This document shows positions 15,968-24,945 of a stretch of DNA of 37,318 nucleotides, one piece after another. Position 1 is the stretch's first letter; every line of letters starts with the position of its first letter. This DNA is from a virus. Its lineage: Duplodnaviria > Caudoviricetes. The notes under the pieces were generated by a model. It ran no database searches. It was not told where the DNA came from and worked only from the letters and a program-made list of their open reading frames with translations. The position numbers and the translations under genes were made by a program. The stretch covers positions 1 to 37,318 of the IMG/VR virus record IMGVR_UViG_3300014208_001441. One strand, written 5' to 3'.

Positions 15968-16800
15968 TCCGCATTGTTGGTTTTTCTGGGGGGATTGATT
16001 CGCAAGCGGCTGCGCTGCATGTGCGAAACCGGCACCCGGGCGACGAGATCATTTTGCTTAACTCGAAGGCCGGGAAAAACGAAAGCCCGATAACCGAAGC
16101 GTTCATTAACTGGTATTCGGAAAATGTATTCCCTGTGGTCCAGGTAATGGGCACTTATGCCGATCTCTGGAAAACGGAGCGGTTTGCAGAGACGAGGGGG
16201 TTCAACAGTACAGACGAACTGACCTTTGAGGGAATGATGAAGGTAAAGGGTAGGGCTCCATCACGCAAAGCTCAATTCTGCACCGAGATATTGAAACTGA
16301 ATCCGCTTCGCCGTTGGGTTGATGAGAATGTATCTGACGACTACGAGAGATACACCGGGCTGCGCCGTGACGAATCGGATGCCAGAAAAAACACGCCTTT
16401 CCGCGAGTTCGATAAGTTCTTTGATTGCTATGTAAACCATCCGCTTGCCGACTGGAGCAAGAAGATGTGTTTCGAGTACGTGACAGCGCACGGCGAGGAA
16501 TACAACCCACTCTACAAGCTTGGTTTTGGTCGAGTTGGTTGCGCTCCGTGCATCAATAGCGGGAAGGAGGACATCCTGCTTTGGTCGCAACGCTTTCCCG
16601 AAGAAATCGAAAAGATACGAGCTTACGAGCGTAACACTGGGCGCACATATTTTGCGCCAATGGTTCCAGGCATGGTGATCAACACCATGGATGATGTGCT
16701 GGAATGGTGCACGACTGCGCACGGCGGTCGCCAGCAGGACTTTATCAAGATCGTGGAAGAAAGGCCGAGCTGCGAATCTAAGTTCGGGTTGTGTGAATGA
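15964..16800 (+). CDS. PAPS reductase-family (PP-loop) protein
   Basis: FSGGIDS PP-loop, FCTEILK, GLRRDES..R, RVGCAPC. Confidence 0.85.
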   Translation: MIRIVGFSGGIDSQAAALHVRNRHPGDEIILLNSKAGKNESPITEAFINWYSENVFPVVQVMGTYADLWKTERFAETRGFNSTDELTFEGMMKVKGRAPSRKAQFCTEILKLNPLRRWVDENVSDDYERYTGLRRDESDARKNTPFREFDKFFDCYVNHPLADWSKKMCFEYVTAHGEEYNPLYKLGFGRVGCAPCINSGKEDILLWSQRFPEEIEKIRAYERNTGRTYFAPMVPGMVINTMDDVLEWCTTAHGGRQQDFIKIVEERPSCESKFGLCE

Positions 16801-18800
16801 ACGCCCCCCTAACCCAATCTGCCCGCACTGTTATGGCCGCCGCCGCATCCCGCGCCGTGCGCCCGCGCGACCGCCTGCTACCAAGCCAATGGGCGGACAA
16901 GCACCGCGTGCTTTCCACCAAAGGCAGCAACGAGTCCGGCCAATGGCGCACGTCGCGCAACCCCATGCTGCGCGAGATCATGGATTGCATGTCGCCGCAT
17001 TCTCCGGTGCGCGAAATCTCCATCATGAAATCGTCGCAGGTGGGGGTGACGGAAGGGCCATTCATCTCGGCGATTGGTTTCTACATGGACCACTCTCCGT
17101 GCCCGATGATGGTGTTGATGCCGACGCTGGAAGCGCGCGACACCTGGAAGGTACAGAAACTCAATCCGATGCTGACCGATACCACCTGCATCCGAGATCT
17201 TCTGGGCGGGATGAAGTCGCGCGACGCATCGAATAGCAAAGACGTGATAGAAGGCCCCGGATTTATACTTTTCCTCGCCGGTGGTAATTCACCCAACAGC
17301 TACGCACAAAAGTCTGCCAAGGTGGTGATGCTGGACGATCTGGACCGATTCCCCGCTGAAGTTGGCGACGAGGGAGATCCAGTTGAGCTTGGCCGTGGTC
17401 GCATGAAGTCGTTCCCCAATAGTTATAAATTTCTCAAGGCCAGCACCGGTACGATAAAAGGCGCATCGCTGATCGAGCGTGAATTCGAGGCGGGCGATAT
17501 GCGCCGCTACCACATGGCCTGCCCGCACTGCGGCGAGCGCCAAGTGCTGCGCTGGAGCAACGTGAAGGCGAACGCACAGCTCACCGAGGCGTGGTATGAG
17601 TGCGAGCATTGCGGCAGTTGCATCGAAGAACACCACAAACCAAAGATGTTGGCTGACGGCATCTGGATACCCGAGCATCCCGAGCGCAAAAAGCACCGCA
17701 GCTACCACATCAGCGCGATATACGCGCCAATCGGCCTGGGCCCATCGTGGCTCGATCTGGTCATCCAGTTTAGACGTGTGCACAAAGATCCTGTGCAGCT
17801 CAAGACCTTCGTCAATCAGAACCTCGGCGAATCGTGGGAAGACCAGACCGACAAACTCAAATCCAACGAGCTGGAAAAGCGCGCTGCCGAATACGGCATG
17901 GGCATCATCCCGCCCGGCGTGCTCGCCATCACCGTCGGCATCGATACCCAAGACAAATGGCTGGCCATCACCCTGCTGGGCTGGGGCGCACCTGCGCACG
18001 AACACGGCCCCGCGCGACTATGGATACTGGACTGGACCGAGATCCAAGGCGACACCACCAGCCCGCAGGTGTGGAACGAACTTGAAGCCTATCTGCACCG
18101 CCCGCTGGTCAACAGCTTCGGCAAAGAGATGCGCATCCGCGCCGCTGCCATCGACTCGCGCGGCCACCGCACCGAAGAAGTCAAAAACTTCGTCATGCGT
18201 ACCAGCCTCAAGATTCCCGTGTATTCCGTGCAGGGCGCCACCAACCGCATCGGCCGCGCCATCGCGCAGAGCGGCAGCAGCCCGAGCAAGACTCGCACCG
18301 GCAAAACCATCCGCCACGGCTACATGGTGTGGAACGTGGGAACTGAATACTGCAAGGACCACATATTCGCCAACCTCACCGCCGATGGCGAGCGCCAGCC
18401 CGGTGAGCGCGTCTTCAACTTCCCGCAGGGGCTCACCACCGAATACTTCGACGGCCTACTCTCCGAAGTCTACGACCCGGAGAAGAAGCGCTACATCCAG
18501 CGCCTGGGGGCAAAACACAAACGCAATGAGCCGCTAGATACCTGCGTGTATGCCTGGGCAGTTGGCCACCACCGCGATGTGAACATTGGGCGCGGCAGGG
18601 CGGGGCGTCCGGATGCGAAGTATTGGACTCGGTTGGAGGCGATGCTGGAAAACGGCGCGGCGATCTATATTCCTGCCGCAGAGGCGGGCGGCGAGGTGGT
18701 TGTGCAGACGCCTGCGCCCTCCGCGCCCTCCGCCGCAGGCCACAGCGTCAGCGGTGGTCGCATCTCGCTTGGTAGTGGCGGAAGGTTCGGTAAAAAATGA
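16797..18800 (+). CDS. Terminase large subunit (lambda GpA family)
   Basis: KSSQVGVTE Walker A, LDDLD, CPHC/CEHC, GIDTQ, RNEPLD. Confidence 0.94.
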   Translation: MNAPLTQSARTVMAAAASRAVRPRDRLLPSQWADKHRVLSTKGSNESGQWRTSRNPMLREIMDCMSPHSPVREISIMKSSQVGVTEGPFISAIGFYMDHSPCPMMVLMPTLEARDTWKVQKLNPMLTDTTCIRDLLGGMKSRDASNSKDVIEGPGFILFLAGGNSPNSYAQKSAKVVMLDDLDRFPAEVGDEGDPVELGRGRMKSFPNSYKFLKASTGTIKGASLIEREFEAGDMRRYHMACPHCGERQVLRWSNVKANAQLTEAWYECEHCGSCIEEHHKPKMLADGIWIPEHPERKKHRSYHISAIYAPIGLGPSWLDLVIQFRRVHKDPVQLKTFVNQNLGESWEDQTDKLKSNELEKRAAEYGMGIIPPGVLAITVGIDTQDKWLAITLLGWGAPAHEHGPARLWILDWTEIQGDTTSPQVWNELEAYLHRPLVNSFGKEMRIRAAAIDSRGHRTEEVKNFVMRTSLKIPVYSVQGATNRIGRAIAQSGSSPSKTRTGKTIRHGYMVWNVGTEYCKDHIFANLTADGERQPGERVFNFPQGLTTEYFDGLLSEVYDPEKKRYIQRLGAKHKRNEPLDTCVYAWAVGHHRDVNIGRGRAGRPDAKYWTRLEAMLENGAAIYIPAAEAGGEVVVQTPAPSAPSAAGHSVSGGRISLGSGGRFGKK

Positions 18801-19078
18801 GCCAAGACGAAGATTTCCTGCGGCAGGTGCTCAAGTTGGTGATGGCCGCTGCGCCATCGTTCAGCGAAGAGCAGGCGCTGCAAGTCGAGCAACAGGTCCG
18901 GCGCGACTGGGGCGGAGAGCGGCCGTTCATCGCCAAGCGCGGCCCACTGCTCAAGGACGCGCGCGTCCGGGTCATTGCGCAAGTTGGCACCAAACCGGAC
19001 AGCGACATCATCCGCGAAAACGGCATCAGCCGCCGCACCATGTACAACTGGATCAAGAAAGGGAAAGACAATGGCTGA
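18797..19078 (+). CDS. Mor/C-like transcription regulator
   Basis: VRRDWGGERPFI plus C-terminal HTH GISRRTMYNWI. Confidence 0.65.
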   Translation: MSQDEDFLRQVLKLVMAAAPSFSEEQALQVEQQVRRDWGGERPFIAKRGPLLKDARVRVIAQVGTKPDSDIIRENGISRRTMYNWIKKGKDNG

Positions 19079-19227
19079 CGTAATCGATCAAGGTAGCGAA
19101 TGCACGCCATGCAGCAGAGAATATGCCTGCGGGCAGCGCTGGCGACTGCGACTTATGCGGCGAACACAGTATGCGGCTAGTGCAGGGCGCCTGCGCACCA
19201 TGCCGCGATAAATATGCGCTGCCGTGA
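19071..19227 (+). pseudogene. Frameshifted C4 zinc-finger (TraR/DksA-like) gene
   Basis: MADVIDQGSE in one frame and CDLCGE...CAPCRDKY in the +1 frame, whose stop overlaps the next GTG. Confidence 0.55.
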
Positions 19228-19427
19228 ATCCTTGCTACACCTGCCAGCACAGGCGCTGCAAAGAGCAAGTGAAGGCGCGGGGCTATGCCGTGGTATGGGG
19301 TTGTGGAAAAAAAGGAATTCGTTTCGGCTACCAGTTTCAATACGAAGCTGGCGAGAACATGCCAAGCAAGTGTGCGGAGTGGATGGGCTTGTCGTTTCTG
19401 ATTGAGCCAGTGCAAAACGCGCCTTAA
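19224..19427 (+). CDS. Small Cys-rich hypothetical protein
   Basis: NPCYTCQH...WGC...KC; GTGA overlap. Confidence 0.5.
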   Translation: MNPCYTCQHRRCKEQVKARGYAVVWGCGKKGIRFGYQFQYEAGENMPSKCAEWMGLSFLIEPVQNAP

Positions 19428-19452
19428 TTTTGCACAAGCATCTGGCCATGAT
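19406..19452 (+). promoter_or_regulatory. Late promoter box 1
   Basis: 31-bp repeat with dyad GTGCAAAA-N10-TTTTGCAC and -10-like CATGAT. Confidence 0.65.
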
Positions 19453-19457
19453 GCCTC

Positions 19458-19682
19458 ATGGCCGGAATCACCCTCGCACAAGCACAAACCCAGCTCGACA
19501 GCTACCTGGCTGCCGAGACGCGCGTCCTTTCCGGTCAGTCCTACGAGATCGCCGGGCGCAGGCTTAACCGCGCCAATCTGGCCGAAATTCAGGCCGGCAT
19601 CAAAATCTGGAACGAGCGCGTCCAGGCGCTCACCCAATCCGCGCAAGGCCGCAGCCGCGCCATCACGGTGTCTCCGCGATGA
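19458..19682 (+). CDS. Head-tail joining protein (gpW-like)
   Basis: YLAAE..VLSGQSYEIAGRRLNRANL; lies between terL and portal. Confidence 0.8.
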   Translation: MAGITLAQAQTQLDSYLAAETRVLSGQSYEIAGRRLNRANLAEIQAGIKIWNERVQALTQSAQGRSRAITVSPR

Positions 19683-21328
19683 AAGACAAAACCAAACAAC
19701 CCAGCCTCGCCCACCAGATCGGCAGCGCGCTCGACCGCGTCATCGGCATAGCCGCACCCAAGACCGCCGCCCGCCGCATGCAGGCGCGCGGCATCATGGC
19801 GATGGCAGACGGCTACCACGGCGGGAGACAGGATCGAGCCGCCTTGCGCAACTGGCGCCCCGGCGCAGGCTCGGCCAATGCCGACACCACATTCGACCGC
19901 ACCGACCTGCGCGCCCGCTCGCGCGATCTGGCGCGCAACAACCCAACTGCCTGCGCCGCCATCAACGCCAACGTCACCAGCGTCATCGGTACCGGCCTAT
20001 CCATGCGCCCGCGCATCGATGCCAAGACGCTTGGAATCACCGACGAAGAGGCCGAAGACTACGAAGACCAGATCGAGCGCGAGTGGAAGCTATGGGCCGA
20101 AAGCCAAAACTGTGACGCCGCGCGCACGCTGGATTTTTACGGCCTGCAAGAACAAGCATTCCGCGCCATGCTCGAATCCGGCGACACTTTCGCCGTATTG
20201 CCCAGCATTCAGCGCAAGCAAACCCCCTATACTCTGGCGGTGCAACTCATCGAAGCCGACCGCATCAGCAACCCGAGCTGGGGAGCTGACACACAAAGCA
20301 TGGTCGGCGGTGTCGAGTTCGATACCTACGGCGCACCCAAGCAATACCACATCAGCGACAAACACCCCGGCGACATCAACCGCGCCGGGTTGAGCTGGAA
20401 ACCATACCTCGCATTCGGCGCCAACACCGGCCGCCGCAACGTGCTGCACCTGTTCGAGCAACTGCGCCCCGGCCAAGCGCGCGGCGTGCCGTTCCTGTCT
20501 CCGGTGATCGAGCCGCTGCGCCAGCTCGGCACCTATACCGATTCCGAACTGCAGGCCGCCGTGATCAGCGGCGCGTTCTCCGTGTTCATCAAGATGGATC
20601 CGGATGCATTCCAAGGCTTGTTCAACGAAGAAGCGCAGCAGACTGTCATCAACGCCGCCAGCAAATGGGACGGCAACATCTCCGGCGGCAAGGCCGTCAA
20701 CCTGCTCCCCGGCGAAGAAGTCTCCAGCGCCAACCCCGGTAGACCCAACGCCCAGTTCGATCCATTCGTCGCCGCCATCTTCAAGCAGATCGGTATGGCG
20801 CTGGAGCTGCCGCTCGAAGTGCTCACCATGTCATTCGCCAGCAGTTACAGCGCAGCCCGTGCCGCGCTGCTCATCGCCTGGCGCGTGTTCTACAAACGCC
20901 GCACCTTCATGGCCACGCGCTTCTGCCAGCCGGTGTACGAAGAGTTCCTTGCCGAAGCCGTCGCCATGGGCCGCCTGCCGCTGTTCGGTTTCTTCTCCGA
21001 CCCGCTCATGCACAAAGCCTGGTGCAGCGCCGAATGGGCAGGCGACGGCCCCGGCAGCATCGACCCACAGAAAGAAGTGGGCGCCGCCAAAGAGCGCGTG
21101 CAGCTCGGCATCAGCACGCTGGACGCGGAATCCATCCGCTACGACGGCATCGACTGGGAAACCAAACACCGCCAGCAAGTCAAGGAATACACCACCCGCC
21201 GCGCCGCCGGTCTGCCAGATCCGGGCGCAGCGCAGGCGTCTGCACCGATGGCTGCGGAAGTTGAGCCGGATGCGGATGAAGCAGACGAAACGAACGAAGC
21301 GGATGAGACCGGTTCGGGGGGGGGGTGA
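19679..21328 (+). CDS. Portal protein, lambda family
   Basis: LRARSRDLARNN, RPGQARGVP, SYSAARAALL, IDPQKE. Confidence 0.94.
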   Translation: MKDKTKQPSLAHQIGSALDRVIGIAAPKTAARRMQARGIMAMADGYHGGRQDRAALRNWRPGAGSANADTTFDRTDLRARSRDLARNNPTACAAINANVTSVIGTGLSMRPRIDAKTLGITDEEAEDYEDQIEREWKLWAESQNCDAARTLDFYGLQEQAFRAMLESGDTFAVLPSIQRKQTPYTLAVQLIEADRISNPSWGADTQSMVGGVEFDTYGAPKQYHISDKHPGDINRAGLSWKPYLAFGANTGRRNVLHLFEQLRPGQARGVPFLSPVIEPLRQLGTYTDSELQAAVISGAFSVFIKMDPDAFQGLFNEEAQQTVINAASKWDGNISGGKAVNLLPGEEVSSANPGRPNAQFDPFVAAIFKQIGMALELPLEVLTMSFASSYSAARAALLIAWRVFYKRRTFMATRFCQPVYEEFLAEAVAMGRLPLFGFFSDPLMHKAWCSAEWAGDGPGSIDPQKEVGAAKERVQLGISTLDAESIRYDGIDWETKHRQQVKEYTTRRAAGLPDPGAAQASAPMAAEVEPDADEADETNEADETGSGGG

Positions 21329-21329
21329 G

Positions 21330-21572
21330 ATGTCACCAGACAAGGCAAAACAAATGGCTGACGCAATCGGTGTCGCTGTCCGCGCCGGTGTGGTCACACC
21401 GCAGATTGAGGACGAAAAAGAGTTCCGCAAAAAAGCCGGGCTCGCCGAGATGTCCGCCGAGGTGGTCGAGAAATGGAAACAGGACGGCGGCGTGCGCGCG
21501 CCGATCACGCTGGCGAATTCTGCCGCGAACGCGCCAGCGCCTGCCGTTCCGCCGGAAGACGCAGATGCTTAA
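21330..21572 (+). CDS. 80-aa ORF, possible portal C-terminal extension
   Basis: GVAVRAGVVTPQIEDE...; fills the portal-protease gap after a G10 run. Confidence 0.6.
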   Translation: MSPDKAKQMADAIGVAVRAGVVTPQIEDEKEFRKKAGLAEMSAEVVEKWKQDGGVRAPITLANSAANAPAPAVPPEDADA

Positions 21573-21573
21573 T

Positions 21574-21620
21574 GCCAGTGCAAAACGCGCCTTAATTTTG
21601 CACAGACTACCCCATAGGAT
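21574..21620 (+). promoter_or_regulatory. Late promoter box 2
   Basis: Exact copy of the 31-bp repeat with -10-like TAGGAT. Confidence 0.65.
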
Positions 21621-21626
21621 GCCCAC

Positions 21627-23015
21627 ATGAAAATCCTCGACGTCCTCACTTCACCCTGGGCCATTCAGCCTTCCAAGCTGTTGGAGATCCAGGGCATCTA
21701 TGCCACGCACCTGCGCGGCCAGAAGATCGATCTCAAGGGCGTGGAAGCCGCGATCGGCCGCCCGCTCAACAACCAATCCCAAGGCTACGAAGTCATCGAC
21801 GGCGTGGCCGTGTTGCCCATCACCGGCGTGATCAGCAAGCGCATGAACCTGTTTGCGCAGATCAGCGGCGGTGTCAGCACCGAGCTGGTAGCGCGCGACC
21901 TCAAGGCGGCGATCAACGACCCGGCAGTCAAGGCCATCATCCTGCAGATCGATTCCCCCGGCGGAACGGTGGACGGCACCGAGACGTTGGCCAACCTGGT
22001 GCGCGAAGCGCGCGCCACCAAGCCGACCGTCGCCTTTGCCGACGGCATGATGGCCTCCGCCGCCTACTGGATCGGCTCCGCCGCCAGCGAGATATACATC
22101 TCCGACAGCGTGGCGCAGATCGGCAGCATCGGCGTCGTCGCCACCCATCAAGACATCAGCGCCGCCGAAGCCGCGCGCGGCGTTAAGACCACTGAGATCA
22201 CCGCCGGCAAGTTCAAGCGCGCGGCCAGCCAGTTCGCGCCGCTCACAGAGAGCGGTCGCCAAACCATACAAGATCAGGTCGACACAATTTATTCGGTCTT
22301 CGTGCAGACCGTCGCGGACAACCGTGGCGTGAGCGTGGAGACCGTGCTCGAAAACATGGCTGATGGACGAGTGTTCATCGGTCAGCAGGCGGTTGACGCG
22401 GGGCTGGTGGACGGTGTTTCCACTCTCGACGCGCTGATCGCCAAACTCAGCCAGCAGGGCGCTGGCGCACTGGTTTCCGCAAGGAAGACCGCAGCAATCA
22501 CACAGCCCGCAATTGCGGCTGAGTCATTAACCACACAAGGAGAATATCCAATGGGTATCACCAAAGAACAACTGCTGGCCGATGCGCCGGACGTTGCCAA
22601 GGCGCTCATCGCCGAAGGCAGCGCCACCGGTGCAACCGCCGAGCGCGAGCGCATCCAGTCCGTCATGGCGCAAGCCATGCCCGGCCACGAAGCTCTGATC
22701 AACTCGCTGGCATTCGACGGCAAGACCACCGGCCCCGAAGCCGCCGTCGCCGTGCTGGGCGCCGAGCGCAGCCTGCGCGACAAAGCCCTGGGCGACCGTC
22801 GTGCCGACGCACCCGCTGCCGTGCCGCATGCGGCTGCGCCGAGCGACGCAGCGAAGCCCGCTGCCGCAGAAGACGCCAGCCTGCCGTTCGAAGAGCGCGC
22901 CAAAGCCAAGTGGGATGCTTCCGCTGAGTTGCGCACCGAGTTCGGCGCATACGAAACCTATCTTGCCTATGCCAAAGCGCACGACGCCGGCACGGTCAAG
23001 GTTCTATCCAAGTAA
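21627..23015 (+). CDS. S49 (SppA/gpC-like) head maturation protease with C-terminal scaffold
   Basis: IDSPGG, MASAAYWIGS, GSIGV. Confidence 0.92.
   Translation: MKILDVLTSPWAIQPSKLLEIQGIYATHLRGQKIDLKGVEAAIGRPLNNQSQGYEVIDGVAVLPITGVISKRMNLFAQISGGVSTELVARDLKAAINDPAVKAIILQIDSPGGTVDGTETLANLVREARATKPTVAFADGMMASAAYWIGSAASEIYISDSVAQIGSIGVVATHQDISAAEAARGVKTTEITAGKFKRAASQFAPLTESGRQTIQDQVDTIYSVFVQTVADNRGVSVETVLENMADGRVFIGQQAVDAGLVDGVSTLDALIAKLSQQGAGALVSARKTAAITQPAIAAESLTTQGEYPMGITKEQLLADAPDVAKALIAEGSATGATAERERIQSVMAQAMPGHEALINSLAFDGKTTGPEAAVAVLGAERSLRDKALGDRRADAPAAVPHAAAPSDAAKPAAAEDASLPFEERAKAKWDASAELRTEFGAYETYLAYAKAHDAGTVKVLSK
22551..23015 (+). CDS. Nested in-frame scaffolding protein (Nu3-like)
   Basis: Internal AAGGAG SD plus in-frame ATG after the protease domain, as in lambda C/Nu3. 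Confidence 0.65.
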   Translation: MGITKEQLLADAPDVAKALIAEGSATGATAERERIQSVMAQAMPGHEALINSLAFDGKTTGPEAAVAVLGAERSLRDKALGDRRADAPAAVPHAAAPSDAAKPAAAEDASLPFEERAKAKWDASAELRTEFGAYETYLAYAKAHDAGTVKVLSK

Positions 23016-23027
23016 AGGAGAAAAGAC

Positions 23028-23957
23028 ATGAAAAAAGTATTCTGGATGTTCACTCTGATCGTAGCCATGGTGATGGCCGCGTTTTCTTTCCCAGCAGCGG
23101 CAGACACCATCGCCGCCGTCTCTGTTTCGGCTCTGGATTACTTCCATAGCGCCGATCTCAGCGGCTTGTCGATGTTGGCAGGCGTGGGCATGACAACCCT
23201 CGCAGCCAATTCCCCACGCGCTTACGAGCTGGGTGAGCGCAACCACTTACCGGTGATCGCATCAGACATCATCTACGAAGGTGCAGCAGTCGGCCTCGTG
23301 GATGCTTCCGGCCACGCCCGTCCGCTGACCTCGGCTGACAAGTTCGTCGGCTTCGCAGTTGCCAAGGCGGACAACTCCGCCGGTGCCGCCGCAGCCGTCA
23401 ACGTCGAAGTCGTGCAGTCCGGCGAGATCGAGCTGTCGGTCTCCGGAGCGGTCATCACCGACGTGGGCCAGCCCGTCTACGCCACCGACGACGACACCTT
23501 CGTGTTCCTGCCGGTCGGCGCCGTGTTTATCGGCTACGTCAAGCGTTACGTCTCCAGCGGTGTCGTGGTCGTGGGCTTCGATGCTCCCGACTACAAAGAC
23601 CCCTACGGCGACAGCGTGCGCGAGACGGTTTCCGCCGATCTCACGCTGGACATTCAGGACACCGGCAAGACGCTGTTCGTCGATACCGACGCCAAGACCA
23701 TCACCCTGCTGACCTACGCCGCCGCCACCGCGCTGCGCGTCAAGGTAGTGAACATCGGCGCATTCGGCACCGTAGCGGTCGCCATCGATCCGGCTGCAGG
23801 CGATCTGATCTCCGGCCCGAACGACACCGGCGCAGACGGCGGCGTGATGACCAACACCAAAGCCACCGCACGTCGCGGCGACTACGCGGTCATCAGCTCC
23901 GGCGGCGACGACGGCTACATGGTCGAACAGGTGCGCGGCATCTGGACCATCGCTTAA
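23028..23957 (+). CDS. Head decoration/cement-like protein
   Basis: Position between protease and capsid; beta-rich, DVGQPVYATDD. Confidence 0.6.
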   Translation: MKKVFWMFTLIVAMVMAAFSFPAAADTIAAVSVSALDYFHSADLSGLSMLAGVGMTTLAANSPRAYELGERNHLPVIASDIIYEGAAVGLVDASGHARPLTSADKFVGFAVAKADNSAGAAAAVNVEVVQSGEIELSVSGAVITDVGQPVYATDDDTFVFLPVGAVFIGYVKRYVSSGVVVVGFDAPDYKDPYGDSVRETVSADLTLDIQDTGKTLFVDTDAKTITLLTYAAATALRVKVVNIGAFGTVAVAIDPAAGDLISGPNDTGADGGVMTNTKATARRGDYAVISSGGDDGYMVEQVRGIWTIA

Positions 23958-23985
23958 TAACCGATAACCACGAAAGGAAAACAAA

Positions 23986-24933
23986 ATGGATCAATCTCTT
24001 CTCTCCTCGCGTGCCGTTATCGGCATGTACTACGAGGCACTCGCAGCCGCCAACGGTATCAAATGGATCGACGGCATTTCCAACCTTTTCGGCTCCGACC
24101 AGGAATCGGAAACTTACCCGTGGCTGGGCATGCCGCCCGCCATGCGCGAATGGATCGGCGGTCGTCAGGCCAAGGGTCTGTCCGGCAATAGCATCAACAT
24201 CATCAATAAGCACTTTGAAGCGACGATGGCTGTTGCGCTCAAAGATATGCGCCGCGACAAGACCGGCCAGCTCAAGGCGCGCCTGACTGAGTTTGCAACA
24301 CGCGGCCAGACGCACTACGCCAGTCTGCTGTCCACACTGATCGCCAACGGCGGAAGCTCGCTGTGCTACGACGGCCAGTATTTCTTCGACACAGACCACA
24401 GCGAGGGAAAGAGCGGCACGCTGGACAACGACATCACCACCGACATCTCAGCAGTGCCTGCCGAAGTGCATGGTGTGATCACCGCGCCGTCGAAGGAAGA
24501 GATGCTGGGCGCGATCACCAAGTCGATCAGCCAGTTCTTCACCTTCACCGACGATCAGGGCGAGCCGATCAACGAGGATGCGCAATCGTTCCTGGTGATG
24601 GTGCCGGTGGGCTTGCATACCGCCGCGCGCAATGCACTGTCGAGCACCAACGTCATCGGCCCCGGCATGGCATCGATGGACGGCTACAAGATCGAGCTGG
24701 CCGTCAATCCGCGCCTGACCGCAGCGGGTTGGACGGACGAGTTCGTGACCTTCCGCACCGACGGCAGTATCAAGCCGCTGATCCGCCAGGAAGAGACCTC
24801 GGTGGTTCTGAAGGTCAAGGACGAAAACAGCGAACACGCCTTCGACAACGACGAAATCCAGATCGGCATCGACGGCTGGCACAACGTCGGCTACGGCCGC
24901 TGGCAAGGTGCCGTGCTTAACACGCTGGTTTAA
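23986..24933 (+). CDS. Major capsid protein, Mu gpT family
   Basis: YPWLG..PAMREWIG, NKHFEAT, CYDGQYFFDTDH, GYGRWQ. Confidence 0.9.
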   Translation: MDQSLLSSRAVIGMYYEALAAANGIKWIDGISNLFGSDQESETYPWLGMPPAMREWIGGRQAKGLSGNSINIINKHFEATMAVALKDMRRDKTGQLKARLTEFATRGQTHYASLLSTLIANGGSSLCYDGQYFFDTDHSEGKSGTLDNDITTDISAVPAEVHGVITAPSKEEMLGAITKSISQFFTFTDDQGEPINEDAQSFLVMVPVGLHTAARNALSSTNVIGPGMASMDGYKIELAVNPRLTAAGWTDEFVTFRTDGSIKPLIRQEETSVVLKVKDENSEHAFDNDEIQIGIDGWHNVGYGRWQGAVLNTLV

Positions 24934-24945
24934 TCGGGAGCCGCC

